DNA of 63,230 bases, filler included, from Welwitschia mirabilis (Eukaryota): NCBI GenBank assembly GCA_051453625.1. It is 6 parts of one record of this genome, joined end to end, with 100 filler letters (N's around TTAATTAATTAA, not from the genome) between each part and the next. Parts side by side here need not be neighbours in the genome. Positions count along the whole stretch, not along the records: positions 33,229 to 49,234 come from JBOZIK010000001.1; positions 49,335 to 53,652 come from JBOZIK010000001.1; 4 more parts are not named here. One strand, written 5' to 3'. The notes under the pieces were generated by a model, which saw only the letters and a list, made by a program, of their open reading frames with translations, had not been told where the DNA came from and did not search any database. How positions within the stretch are numbered: position 1 is the stretch's first letter; each line of letters starts with the position of its first letter. The position numbers and the translations under genes were made by a program. Of the stretch, positions 38,823 to 51,149 are shown piece by piece.

Positions 38823-41800
38823 AATCCATAACCATACGTCCAAATAAGATGATATCATAAATCTAAGAGAAGTTTGAAAATAACACAACACCTCGACAAG
38901 GCTTAAAAAGTAGATGATAAGATGAGTACGATAGGATTTAATCACAAATTTTCATCTCATACAAGAAGATAACTTTAAGATATTTAGGGAGGGTAAAGGA
39001 GGATGAAATATGTGTCAACATGGAGTTTTTCTTATTCAAGCAACATAACCGACTTACAGGGATACATATGCATCAATCTTAATAAACAAATGAATAAGAG
39101 AGGACCCTCAAGAAAACATAAGAAAATAAATCCATACATAAACATGATGATTGCAATACAAATTACATAATAAAGAACCAATAAGAAAGCACAAAAGTAA
39201 AGAACCATACCTATAAGTTTGTTATTCAAAGACCTTCCAAGTATTTCAAAGCTCCTAAGCTTCCTAAGCTTTCAAGATTTGATGGCAAGGTTGTTTTGAA
39301 AAATAAACTAGACTTGACAAAGGAAGGGCTCTATTTAAAGTGAAAGAGCATGAGTTAAAATGATGAAACTAAAGAATACGAAAGGACATAACATGAGGTA
39401 ACATTTAAGAGGGGGGTTACATAATGTTTCATAAAAGATTGCCTATCCACTGGATGCTTTTATTAATATAATAAAGATAACGCTTCACATTTACTAATGA
39501 GGAAAAAGAATAAACAACATGTCTCCAGAATATACATTTAATTTAGCATAATTGCATAAGTAAATAAAAGAAATCATTTCCATCACAAGAGAATATGAAA
39601 ATTGGATACAAAAATTTAATCAAAAGGTACTCATATTATAATTTAATAAGACTGTATTTCAAGAACATAGAATTTACAAAAATTGGGGATTTTAAGTAAN
39701 NNNNNNNNNNNNNNNNNNNNNNNNNNNNNNNNNNNNNNNNNNNNNNNNNNNNNNNNNNNNNNNNNNNNNNNNNNNNNNNNNNNNNNNNNNNNNNNNNNNN
39801 NNNNNNNNNNNNNNNNNNNNNNNNNNNNNNNNNNNNNNNNNNNNNNNNNNNNNNNNNNNNNNNNNNNNNNNNNNNNNNNNNNNNNNNNNNNNNNNNNNNN
39901 NNNNNNNNNNNNNNNNNNNNNNNNNNNNNNNNNNNNNNNNNNNNNAGAACTTCACAATCTTCCTAAAGATTAATTTTACAAATTAAATTATAATTGGTAT
40001 TTCATTTACAACATGAATTATGCAATCTTACTAAGCACTCCATAATAAAATACAAAGCCATATCCCACCTTCTTCATTTTGATAAACTTGCTACAAAGTG
40101 TATGTTGGAAGTTCTTCTTAATTACCTTCATATTGGAAGTAGCTGGTATAGGCTAGCCTTTAGCGTTACGCTATTGTTCTTCAATAAACAAATCGATATA
40201 ACTTAGGCTAGAACATTGATATCATCAATCTAAAGATTCATATAACTTATCCTTACATTAAGTGTTGCATATTTACCTTCATTACAATGCTATACTTCAT
40301 GGTATATTGACTTTAAAAATTTAGACAAACTCTTATGTTAATCATAACCTTATAATCTTTTCCATTTTCTAGGATTATAATGATCACTTAATTAGAGAAA
40401 AGGTTGTAAACTAGCATATTTATCATGTAAGAGATTTCTAAGATAATAACTAAATACACTTAAAAATAAGTTAAACCATTTAATCTCATAAGAAAAATAT
40501 CTCAATGACCTCCTTATATTGACAAAAGCAAAATGTTCTTAAACCATTAAGTCCAAACTGCAAGTTAAATTGGCAACACTACAATCTCTTACTCCAAATT
40601 ATGACACATACTTCTAAAGTTATTGTGCAAAAATTCCTCAAGCTTAAGTTTCAAAATTGTATATCTCTTTCACATTACACTCCTTTATTGTGCTCTTCTT
40701 CTTTCAAGCTTCATTAACACTTCTCCAAGTATAATTTAGTTGAATCTCCACTTTAATGATTTATACAAATGATATAGCATTTTAAGGCCTAATATGTCAA
40801 GGACATAATGTATGAAATAATGTTATGCAAGTATAAGTCAAATAAGTATACAAGAGATTTTCAATTAGTTGAGAGCAAGCAGTGTCTAGCCCATAAGGTT
40901 GAAGTGCATAATTCATCTAANNNNNNNNNNNNNNNNNNNNNNNNNNNNNNNNNNNNNNNNNNNNNNNNNNNNNNNNNNNNNNNNNNNNNNNNNNNNNNNN
41001 NNNNNNNNNNNNNNNNNNNNNNNNNNNNNNNNNNNNNNNNNNNNNNNNNNNNNNNNNNNNNNNNNNNNNNNNNNNNNNNNNNNNNNNNNNNNNNNNNNNN
41101 NNNNNNNNNNNNNNNNNNNNNNNNNNNNNNNNNNNNNNNNNNNNNNNNNNNNNNNNNNNNNNNNNNNNNNNNNNNNNNNNNNNNNNNNNNNNNNNNNNNN
41201 NNNNNNNNNNNNNNNNNNNNNNNNNNNNNNNNNACTATTTAGGGATAGGATTGATGTTATAATCTTAGTTTCTTATATGCTCTTATTAATTCACATTCCA
41301 CTAGTAGTAATAGATCCTTCATAAAAACTTAAATAAGAGTGAAAAGAAAAATTGGTTTTAATAGAACAACCTTGAGATCTGACTAGATAACATCTTCTAT
41401 ACATTTATTATAGGAGCTTCTTGTCTCTTCCTTTCAAGGTAATTTTTAACACAGAAAATGCCCCATGATCTTGAAATCATTAGTTGAATTCAAAGGACTT
41501 ATCATTTCTTGGTAGTTTCATAAAACTATCTCTTCCTTGAGTTGGATAAGTTTGCTTTCTTCCTTAAATTTTATAAGGTGCTTTAATGTTGACTGTAGCT
41601 ACATTTGCTCTACTTTTTCTTCTGATCATACCTAAATTATGGATGAGAGGTTCCTTTAAGGTTGCATTCTTTTAATATCTTGAAACGTTATTCTTTTGTT
41701 CTAATATTTTGTTATTAATGATGCATAATTATTTATTCATTCCAACCTATTCTAAGGCTTCTAAAATTGTTTTCAATTGAAATAATTTAACTTAACTTCA

Positions 41801-44800
41801 AATTAATGGATGTAGATTAGTCATAACTCTTCTTACTTTTACCTCTTCATACCTACTTATAAGATTGTACAATTTGTTGACCTTCATATTTATGAAAATT
41901 TTTGTGGTAAATCTACCTTATATCTTCTTTTAAATCTTCCAATTCATAAGTGTTAAAAACATTGGTCAAAGTGTTTTTACATATCATCATATTTCTACAT
42001 TCCATCGTATAGTCACTCTTCTAATAGATTGATGAGTAGTGAAGTTGAATGATTCTAATTTATTTTAGATACATATCAATCATGCTTCTACATCTACCAT
42101 GTTGTTGATATCTTTTAAGTTTATAGGATTCATCCTCTTAACTTACACCATCATTTTCTTGATAGAGTTGCTATCTTCCCACTATTTACCTTAGCTAACT
42201 AGATTTACTAATGTTGCAACTTTAGTTGGTTAGTTAAATACCCTTCTTGAGGACATGTTAATCTCATGGGAATCAAACTACACATATTATAAGCCTATAT
42301 TTTTAAGTTAAAATTCACAACATTATCAAAGTTTAACCAAGTGAAATTGCATTTCATATTTTAATAATAGTTATGCCTAGAGAATTTGCAAACTACAATT
42401 AATGTTGAAATGAATTCACAATTGTTATACCTAGCAAAATTGCAACCTGGCTTTGATACCAAAATGTAACATTCCAAATTTATAAAGTTAAAAATTTTTT
42501 TAATACTCAACACTCTAATACCAAATGTAAAATCCAAATAATCTTACAGTTGAAAACTTCAAACCTCATGTACCTATAATGCCCCAAAAGTAGTAAACAA
42601 AAGTGTCCAAGAGATTAAAAGAATTATAAACTTAATTCATCAAGGTAAACNNNNNNNNNNNNNNNNNNNNNNNNNNNNNNNNNNNNNNNNNNNNNNNNNN
42701 NNNNNNNNNNNNNNNNNNNNNNNNNNNNNNNNNNNNNNNNNNNNNNNNNNNNNNNNNNNNNNNNNNNNNNNNNNNNNNNNNNNNNNNNNNNNNNNNNNNN
42801 NNNNNNNNNNNNNNNNNNNNNNNNNNNNNNNNNNNNNNNNNNNNNNNNNNNNNNNNNNNNNNNNNNNNNNNNNNNNNNNNNNNNNNNNNNNNNNNNNNNN
42901 NNNNNNNNNNNNNNNNNNNNNNNNNNNNNNNNNNNNNNNNNNNNNNNNNNNNNNNNNNNNNNNNNNNNNNNNNNNNNNNNNNNNNNNNNNNNNNNNNNNN
43001 NNNNNNNNNNNNNNNATTTGAAAACTTCAAACTCCATGTACCTATAATACCCCAAAAGTAGCAAATAGAAGTGTTCAAGAGATTAGAAGAATTATAAACT
43101 TAATTCATCAAGGTAAACTTCATTCATGAATTTTAAGAGAAAACTACTTAAAAACTTAAGCTAATGATATCTTATTTACTATGATATACTTGGATTTGAA
43201 AGATCTAATTATGGTATAATTAGAGTGTATAATTATAGCCAATCAAGCAAAGCTAATGTTAAGTCCCCATTGTAATAGCACTTATGCATGTGTAGGCCCA
43301 AGCATATGATAGCTAAAGATTAAAATAACTCAATTATAAAATTTAAGATTTATATCTAATAACTTGGGCTGGAAAGCTAAACACCTAAGTTTGCTAAGTG
43401 AGTCTCTTAGTATAGATAATTCCAATATTATGATAGATATCCATTAAAGATAAAGGCTCCTTCATGGAAGTAATCCACGTTATTTATTCTACTATTAATT
43501 AAATATATTAAAGAGCCAAAATTTATTTTATGATTTCCATATTCCATAAGGTATTCCTTAAATAAATAAATAAAGATCATAATTAGAGAGTGAGATTCTA
43601 CAAACATTATCAAAAGGAGGGGGATGGGGTCGAATTACTAACCTATCGCTCCTTTAACCAATTCAATGTCCAATAAGGTCTAAACTAGCATTGATAGCCC
43701 TGGTGGCCTTAGCTATACTCTCATCAAATTATGAACTTCACAATCTCTGGTGAATTAAAAAAATTTAATTTGTGATGGCAGTCCTCAACATTAAACAAGC
43801 ACTAGAAAGCCATCAACTATTTCTANNNNNNNNNNNNNNNNNNNNNNNNNNNNNNNNNNNNNNNNNNNNNNNNNNNNNNNNNNNNNNNNNNNACCGAGTC
43901 TTCAAATTCATAGACGTGTAGAAGAGAAGGTATACACATGCTAGCAAGCAATGTTTGGTAGTTGTGTGAGATGAAATGGCAATAGAGGGGAAGAGCATTA
44001 AATAAAGTAAGTATTATACAATTAGAGATTACATACGCTAAGGATTTCATAGAGGAAGCTACACAGTCTAGAACTATTTAAACATATTTGAAATCTAATG
44101 CATTGAAAAACCTAAATACCCAAAATGCATCAATTTGAGATACAAGTGGAACTAATAAAAAGATGCATCATGTCTACTTAGTAATGCTGGCTCTACAGAA
44201 GATGTTAATTAACAGAAAAATCCAACACATAGATCAATCATAATAATGTAATTACTTGTCCAAAAACTGTTTTCTCTAAATANNNNNNNNNNNNNNNNNN
44301 NNNNNNNNNNNNNNNNNNNNNNNNNNNNNNNNNNNNNNNNNNNNNNNNNNNNNNNNNNNNNNNNNNNNNNNNNNNNNNNNNNAGGAAAAAGGCGTAATTA
44401 ATGAAAACCTTATATAGGCAATGGAGTCGATCAGTCAATTCTCAGTTAATACAAAGCTATAACAGTAAGTGGATAAGAGGTAAGGGAGTTATATAAGCAT
44501 TAGAATAATTATTGTATGCTTTAAAGATCTTTGACTATTAGATTGTTATGTGTTTTAATGCGTTTAGACATTGTTCATAGGAAAGCCAAATGGGATATGA
44601 TGAAGTGAAGGAGATTACATGCANNNNNNNNNNNNNNNNNNNNNNNNNNNNNNNNNNNNNNNNNNNNNNNNNNNNNNNNNNNNNNNNNNNNNNNNNNNNN
44701 NNNNNNNNNNNNNNNNNNNNNNNCGGATGAGAGATAAGGGAGTTATATAAGAATTGAAATAATTATGGTATGCTTTAAAGATCTTTGACTATTAGATTGT

Positions 44801-45125
44801 TATGCATTTTAATGCATTCAGACACTGTTCACAAGAAAGACAAATGGGATATGATGAAGTAAAGAAGATTAAATGCATCATTAGAGAGAGGACACCAGAA
44901 ATGTAGAGTTTAGTGTAAGATGAGATTTTCCTATGGCCTTCTATAAGGATTAAGCATGATTCGAGGTAACATAAAGCTGATCTAATGATAATGTGATTGA
45001 GTGCAGCTCACAAATCATCCAACATTAAAATGAAGATGTTTAAGTGATAGAAATGGATAACCTTAATGCATAGAAACTAAGGCACTAAGTTTAATGGTAT
45101 ATAAAATGGACCATTTAACAATAGA

Positions 45126-45196
45126 TGCTTGATGGTGTAATAGTTAAAGATGTTACAAGTTAAAGGAGAGGTTGTTGGTTTGACTTCCAGTGGAAA
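45126..45196 (+). other. tRNA-like Pol III cassette inside the long repeat (copy 2)
   Basis: TGGTGTAATAG...GGTTTGACTTCC with the same upstream TATATAAAA; homolog of 35910-35980. Confidence 0.6.
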
Positions 45197-46424
45197 ACAT
45201 TGAACCACTCTTTTAATGCATGGGCCTAGCTATCCTCCAAACTCTTGTATCTTAACATCTTATGAATCATCCCCCTTATTTTCTTTGAAACACCCCCTTT
45301 CACCATTTAATGATTTATTAAGATAATAATAAATAATATAAAATATATCACCTATTTAACCTTTTCATTTAATAGTATTTAAATAATTGACATTACCTTT
45401 CATTATTTTAACCTTAATATAATTAAATAATTAATTAAGAACTACTTCAAGATTAATTAAAATGGGTTTTCAATTTTCATGGGAAAGAGGGAGAATCATA
45501 TGTCCATTAAATAGAATTTATTAAAAATAAATAAATATAACATCTAAAATATTCAACAAAATATCAACTTATCATGAAATCTACTAAGATTTTTTAATAG
45601 ATTTATTCAAATATAGTATAAAAATAATACACTAATTCATGATTATTTAAGCAAGGTTCTANNNNNNNNNNNNNNNNNNNNNNNNNNNNNNNNNNNNNNN
45701 NNNNNNNNNNNNNNNNNNNNNNNNNNNNNNNNNNNNNNNNNNNNNNNNNNNNNNNNNNNNNTTTATCTAAATATAGTATAAAAATAATACACTAATTCAT
45801 GATTATTCAAGGAAGGTTCTCAAGAATTTACAAATTTTTTATTTAACATCCAATTCAATATTGCATAATACATGGTTAAAGATCCAAGATTTTTAATAGA
45901 TTTCATCAAATAATAGCTAGAAGATATGGTCTCAAATAAACAAATTTAATCACTAAATTTTAAGAAGGAAAATCATCATTCCATAAATCACAAAATTCCA
46001 AAGTAAGCTTGAAGTACTGAAAGCCACACACCTATGAGTTAATAGAGTCTATCTCTCATCACAATAATAGTTAACATATTGAATGTTCATGTATTCAGGT
46101 GTTTAACTCCAATAGCCAAAAAGAGATACAATTAATCAGAAGATTTTTTCACTAATATAGATCTAATGATCCTTCATGAAGTCATGCCACCTCAGCAATT
46201 AGACTCCAGATTTACCACCTATTATTAAAAAAAGGTAAGAGATAAGAACTGTGAAATATCATATCACCTAGTATGGCCCAAACAAGAATAGGTAGTTTGA
46301 CAAGATTCTTTAAGGATTAAGAAAGAAAAGACAAATCAAGACTTTAAGAAATCTAAGATATAACATAGATAATGAACTTATGGTTATGAACAAGAATATC
46401 AAATATACTAATTATCTTAATCAC

Positions 46425-46682
46425 TTCACTACCTCGTTTCGTGATCTCTGAAGCCCACTGCCTCATTTGACAATCTGTGGTACTCATAATAATATATATA
46501 TAAATCTCAATGATCATTAACTTCACTGCCTTGTTCGGTGATCTATAAAGCCCACTACCTTATTCAGTGATCTATGATAATATAATATCTTCATTGTCTC
46601 ATTTGGTGATCTATGTAATTCTCTTTTCATTGCCTTGTTTGACAATCTGTGAAGTCCACTGCCTCATTCAGCAATCTATGAA
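46425..46682 (+). repeat. Same minisatellite array (gap-flanking duplicate of the LTR segment)
   Basis: About 7 copies of the same motif. Confidence 0.9.
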
Positions 46683-47142
46683 AATCCATAATCATAAGTC
46701 CAACAAGATGATATCATGAAGCTAAGAGAATTTTAACCATAATATAACATCTCAANNNNNNNNNNNNNNNNNNNNNNNNNNNNNNNNNNNNNNNNNNNNN
46801 NNNNNNNNNNNNNNNNNNNNNNNNNNNNNNNNNNNNNNNNNNNNNNNNNNNNNNNGTATGGCCTCCAATAAATAAATTTAATCTTAAGAAGGAAAATCAT
46901 CACTCCTTAAAATCATAGAATTTTCAAGTAAACTTCAAGTACTACAAGCCACATTCTTATGAATAAATAGAATTTGTCTCTCATCAAAATAAAAATTGAC
47001 ATGATAACTGTTCATGAGTTTAAGTAATTAACTCCAATAGGCCAAAAGATATAATAAATCAGAAGATTTTTCCACTATTTTAGATCCAATGATCCATTAT
47101 GAACTCATGCCATCTCAGCAATCAGACACCAGATTTTCCACC

Positions 47143-47323
47143 TGTCATAAAAGATATGGAATAAGAACTATGAAAATTTCATAGCCCCCAGTATGGCCTA
47201 GGCAAGAATAGGTAGTTTGACAAGATCTTTCAAGGATTAAGATAGAAAGGAATAGTTCAAGACTTACAAGCAATCCAAGACATACACAGATAATGAACTT
47301 ATGGTTATGAATGAAAATATTAA

Positions 47324-47361
<38 letters not shown>

Positions 47362-48270
47362 CTCAAAAGTCATAACTTCACTGCCTCGTTCAGTGATCTA
47401 TGAAGCCCCTGCCTCATTTGGTGATCTGTGGTTCTCATATAATATTTAACTTCACTGCCTTATTTGGTGATTTGTGAAGTCCATACCTCATCCGGCGATC
47501 TGTGGTACTCACATATATATAAACTATCAATCATCATTAACTTCACTGCCTTGTTTGGTGATCTATGGTAATATAATATCCCCACTGCCTTATTCAACAA
47601 TATATGGGATTCTCTTTTCATTACCTTATTTGATGATCCATGAAGCTCATTGTCTCATTTGGCGATCCATGTAAAATCCATAATCATAAGTCCAACAAGA
47701 TGATATCATGAAGCTAAGAGAATTTTAACCATAATATAACATCTCAATAAGACTTACAAAGCAGATGATAAGATGAGTACGATAGAATTTAATCACAGAT
47801 TTTTATCTCATACAAGAAAATAACTTCAAGATATCGAGGGAAGATAAATGAAGATGTAATATGTATCAACATGAAGTTTTTGTTATTTAAGCAACATAAC
47901 TGATTTATAGGAATACATATGCATCAATTTGAATGAACAAATGAATAAGAAAGAAACCTAAAGAAAATACAAGAAAAAAATCCATACATAAACATGATGA
48001 TTTCAATACAAATTTCATAATAAAGGACTAACAAGAAAGTACAAAAGTAAAAAACCATCCCTGTAAGTTTACTATTCGAAGATATTCCAAGTATTTTGGA
48101 GCTCCTAAGCTTCCTAAGCTTTTAAGATTTGATGGAAAGATTATTTTGGAAAATAAAATAGGCTTAAGAAAGGAATAACTCTATTTAAAATAAGAGAACA
48201 TGAGTAATATGACAAAACTCAAGAATACAAAGGAACACAACATGAGGCAATGGTTAAGAAGGGGGTTACA
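47143..48270 (-). mobile_element. Embedded ~1.1 kb LTR-like unit (TGTAACCCCC...TGACA) followed by a PBS-like sequence; also ends at 39421
   Basis: ggggttaca at 48262-48270 and 39413-39421. TATA-like ctatttaaa about 85 bp inside. The minus strand continues ..GACA GGTGG(T/A)AAATCTGG, resembling GGTGGTATCAGAG. It contains the minisatellite at 47375-47672 and (TA)n at 47329-47358. Confidence 0.55.
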
Positions 48271-51149
48271 TAACTTTTTATAAAAGATTGTCNNNNNNNN
48301 NNATAATGAGAAAAAAGATAAATAACATGTCTCCATAATATACATTTAATTCAGTGTAATTGCATAAGTAAATAAAAGAAATTATTTCCACCAAAAAAAG
48401 CATATGAAAATTAGATACAGATATTTAATCAAAAGGTACTCATATTACAATTTAATAAGACTGCATTTCAAGAACACATCATTTACAACAATTGGGAGTT
48501 TCAAGTATTTTAATATTTTTCAAATATTTTATTAAACATAAACTTGCAAATTTTATAAGAAAAGTAAAAATGTGTTTGTGATACAAGTGAAGTTTAAACA
48601 TGATTAAAACAATTTTCCATAAGTAATTTAAACCTAGGCAACTTGTCCTTCTATACAATACCTAAGTATACCTTTTACACAATAAGTTGTCCTCTAAATG
48701 ATTAGGTCGTTATCTGATCCAAACACTAGAAAAATTTAAAAAGTCAATGGACAAAGATTAAAAATTTATGAGTCATCTATTGATAAAACCTTGAACATGA
48801 TAGAAGCACTTGTCTTGGAAGCCCTTCTTAATGAGGAGGGTTTTCTTTGTCATTGCCTAAATTCCTTCTTAACTGATTCCTTAGGTAGACATCATCCTAT
48901 TACTTAAATATCTTTAACTTAACTTATGTATTACTTTATAAAGTCACCATGATTAGTAATCTTTCGCTTGGACATTTTAAAATGATAAGACTATATTTAC
49001 CAAATTTTAAGAGATTTGTATGTCTATGAACTTTATTTAGAAGGAAGATGCCTTAGTTCTTTTTTCTTCTTTAATGGTATGAGTAATTAGTTATTTTTAC
49101 ATGTTCTTTCTTATTACTCATTTCATTACTTCACTTTTATCCTTATAAATACTTGGTTATGTGGAATCTATTTACTCCCACTCCCCTCATCCTCTAACCT
49201 CCCCAGCCCAATACACCCCCTCTAAGAGAGAGTGNNNNNNNNNNNNNNNNNNNNNNNNNNNNNNNNNNNNNNNNNNNNTTAATTAATTAANNNNNNNNNN
49301 NNNNNNNNNNNNNNNNNNNNNNNNNNNNNNNNNNTGCCTACTTCTATTCACTGCAAAGCTTAATCACAATTTGTAATGTATCTTTTATTGGCTTGAATAA
49401 TAAGAAACTTGGTTTCTATTTTTTAATAGCCTTTGTATTCCTTTAGAATGAGTGATGGTGATGGAGAAGAGAATACTCTTTATGTCAAGAATAGGACTTA
49501 GTTTCACATTTATTGGAGTTATTCCTTTTTATTGGAGTTATCCCTTTTTATTACTAACTCCCATTAAGTAGCAATTACTTAGTAAAAGTGCTTTTCATTA
49601 AGTAGAAATTACTTTCAAGAAACTACTTCTCTTTTACCCAATTACTCTTTNNNNNNNNNNNNNNNNNNNNNNNNNNNNNNNNNNNNNNNNNNNNNNNNNN
49701 NNNNNNNNNNNNNNNNNNNNNNNNNNNNNNNNNNNNNNNNNNNNNNNNNNNNNNNNNNNNNNNNNNNNNNNNNNNNNNNNNNNNNNNNNNNNNNNNNNNN
49801 NNNNNNNNNNNNNNNNNNNNNNNNNNNNNNNNNNNNNNNNNNNNNNNNNNNNNNNNNNNNNNNNNNNNNNNNNNNNNNNNNNNNNNNNNNNNNNNNNNNN
49901 NNNNNNNNNNNNNNNNNNNNNNNNNNNNNNNNNNNNNNNNNNNNNNNNNNNNNNNNNNNNNNNNNNNNNNNNNNNNNNNNNNNNNNNNNNNNNNNNNNNN
50001 NNNNNNNNNNNNNNNNNNNNNNNNNNNNNNNNNNNNNNNNNNNNNNNNNNNNNNNNNNNNNNNNNNNNNNNNNNNNNNNNNNNNNNNNNNNNNNNNNNNN
50101 NNNNNNNNNNNNNNNNNNNNNNNNNNNNNNNNNNNNNNNNNNNNNNNNNNNNNNNNNNNNNNNNNNNNNNNNNNNNNNNNNNNNNNNNNNNNNNNNNNNN
50201 NNNNNNNNNNNAATATCCATAATGTAAAAGCTTATTCACAACTAAAATCATCCTCAAATCTAACATTATAAATGTTCGCCAAATGTAAAACATTAGACTT
50301 CTAGACTAAACTATTATTACATACACAAAAATTAGCATCACAATAGTGTATTATTCCTATACATGACTTTGAACTCTAGTTTATGATAAAGCATTGTGCT
50401 AAGATAACTATGAGTTTATAACCTTTAAATAGAATGTAACATGCTTTTGATACACGTTTCTCAAGCAACTAGCCTTTCTTTTAGTCATGTCTTGAAAATT
50501 TAACACATTTAAAAGCATTCTTTTTTACTAGTAATTTAAAATATTTTGGTGTTTAAAAATTAAAAATGCTAGTTAAAATGCTATACTAAAAATATGAATT
50601 TTATTTCAATTTAAGTCCAATCCTAGTTCTTACAACTCATAAGGGGAACAATAAAGTTCCTTTTAATAATAACATAGTAAAAGTAAAGGGATGACATAGG
50701 TTTTTTTATTATCACTTCATATTTTAATGGAAAAGAAATTCTTTCTTTGAAAAACCTAAAAAACCAATGATTTTTAAGGATTATTCTTGGATACCTAGTG
50801 GGGCATATACAATTCACTAGAAATGGTATATCATTTATTCATTTTTAAGATTAATGTAAGCTATTATTATTCTTTAATGATGTCTTATAAACTAATTAGT
50901 TAAAGAGTACCAATTTCATCTAAGATTATTTTATATTATATATGGTACATGCATGACAACATGACAAATTCAATTGTACATGGCATTTTTAATTTGTCTA
51001 GAAGTTAACATCAATTAATTAAAGAAAGGTTTCATGCTAAGAGAGTTTATTACCACATAAAAGATTTGATGCCCTAGGAAAGGATATGATGTTAAAGGAG
51101 AGTGTTTCTTGGAGGAAGAGAAATTTAGCTTTATAAATTGCAATGTTTA

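Larger units (their letters stand above)
33229..48585 (-). mobile_element. Tekay/Del-like gypsy element with multi-kb direct repeats (33229-39699 and 42526-about 48585) flanking a short decayed gag-pol
   Basis: 33229-39699 aligns colinearly with about 43256-48510. PBSs at 42450-42461 and 42512-42523 lie next to a TTACA terminus. Gag from the ATG at 42256: MSSRR...KRMNPINLKD..DVEA*L..I*NKLE, matching MPPRR..FKRMNPPTF..AEAWL..IEKKLE. Weak RT-like traces near 40.1-40.3 kb. Confidence 0.75.

Noticed and set aside
33229-48585. Retrozyme (hammerhead ribozyme in LTR)
   Set aside because: I found no CTGATGA...GAAA core with stems by eye, and the repeats are far longer than retrozyme LTRs. An Infernal search would settle it.
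48600-49234. Gypsy integrase C-terminus (GHFKMI..YEL)
   Set aside because: A single weak motif with uncertain strand.
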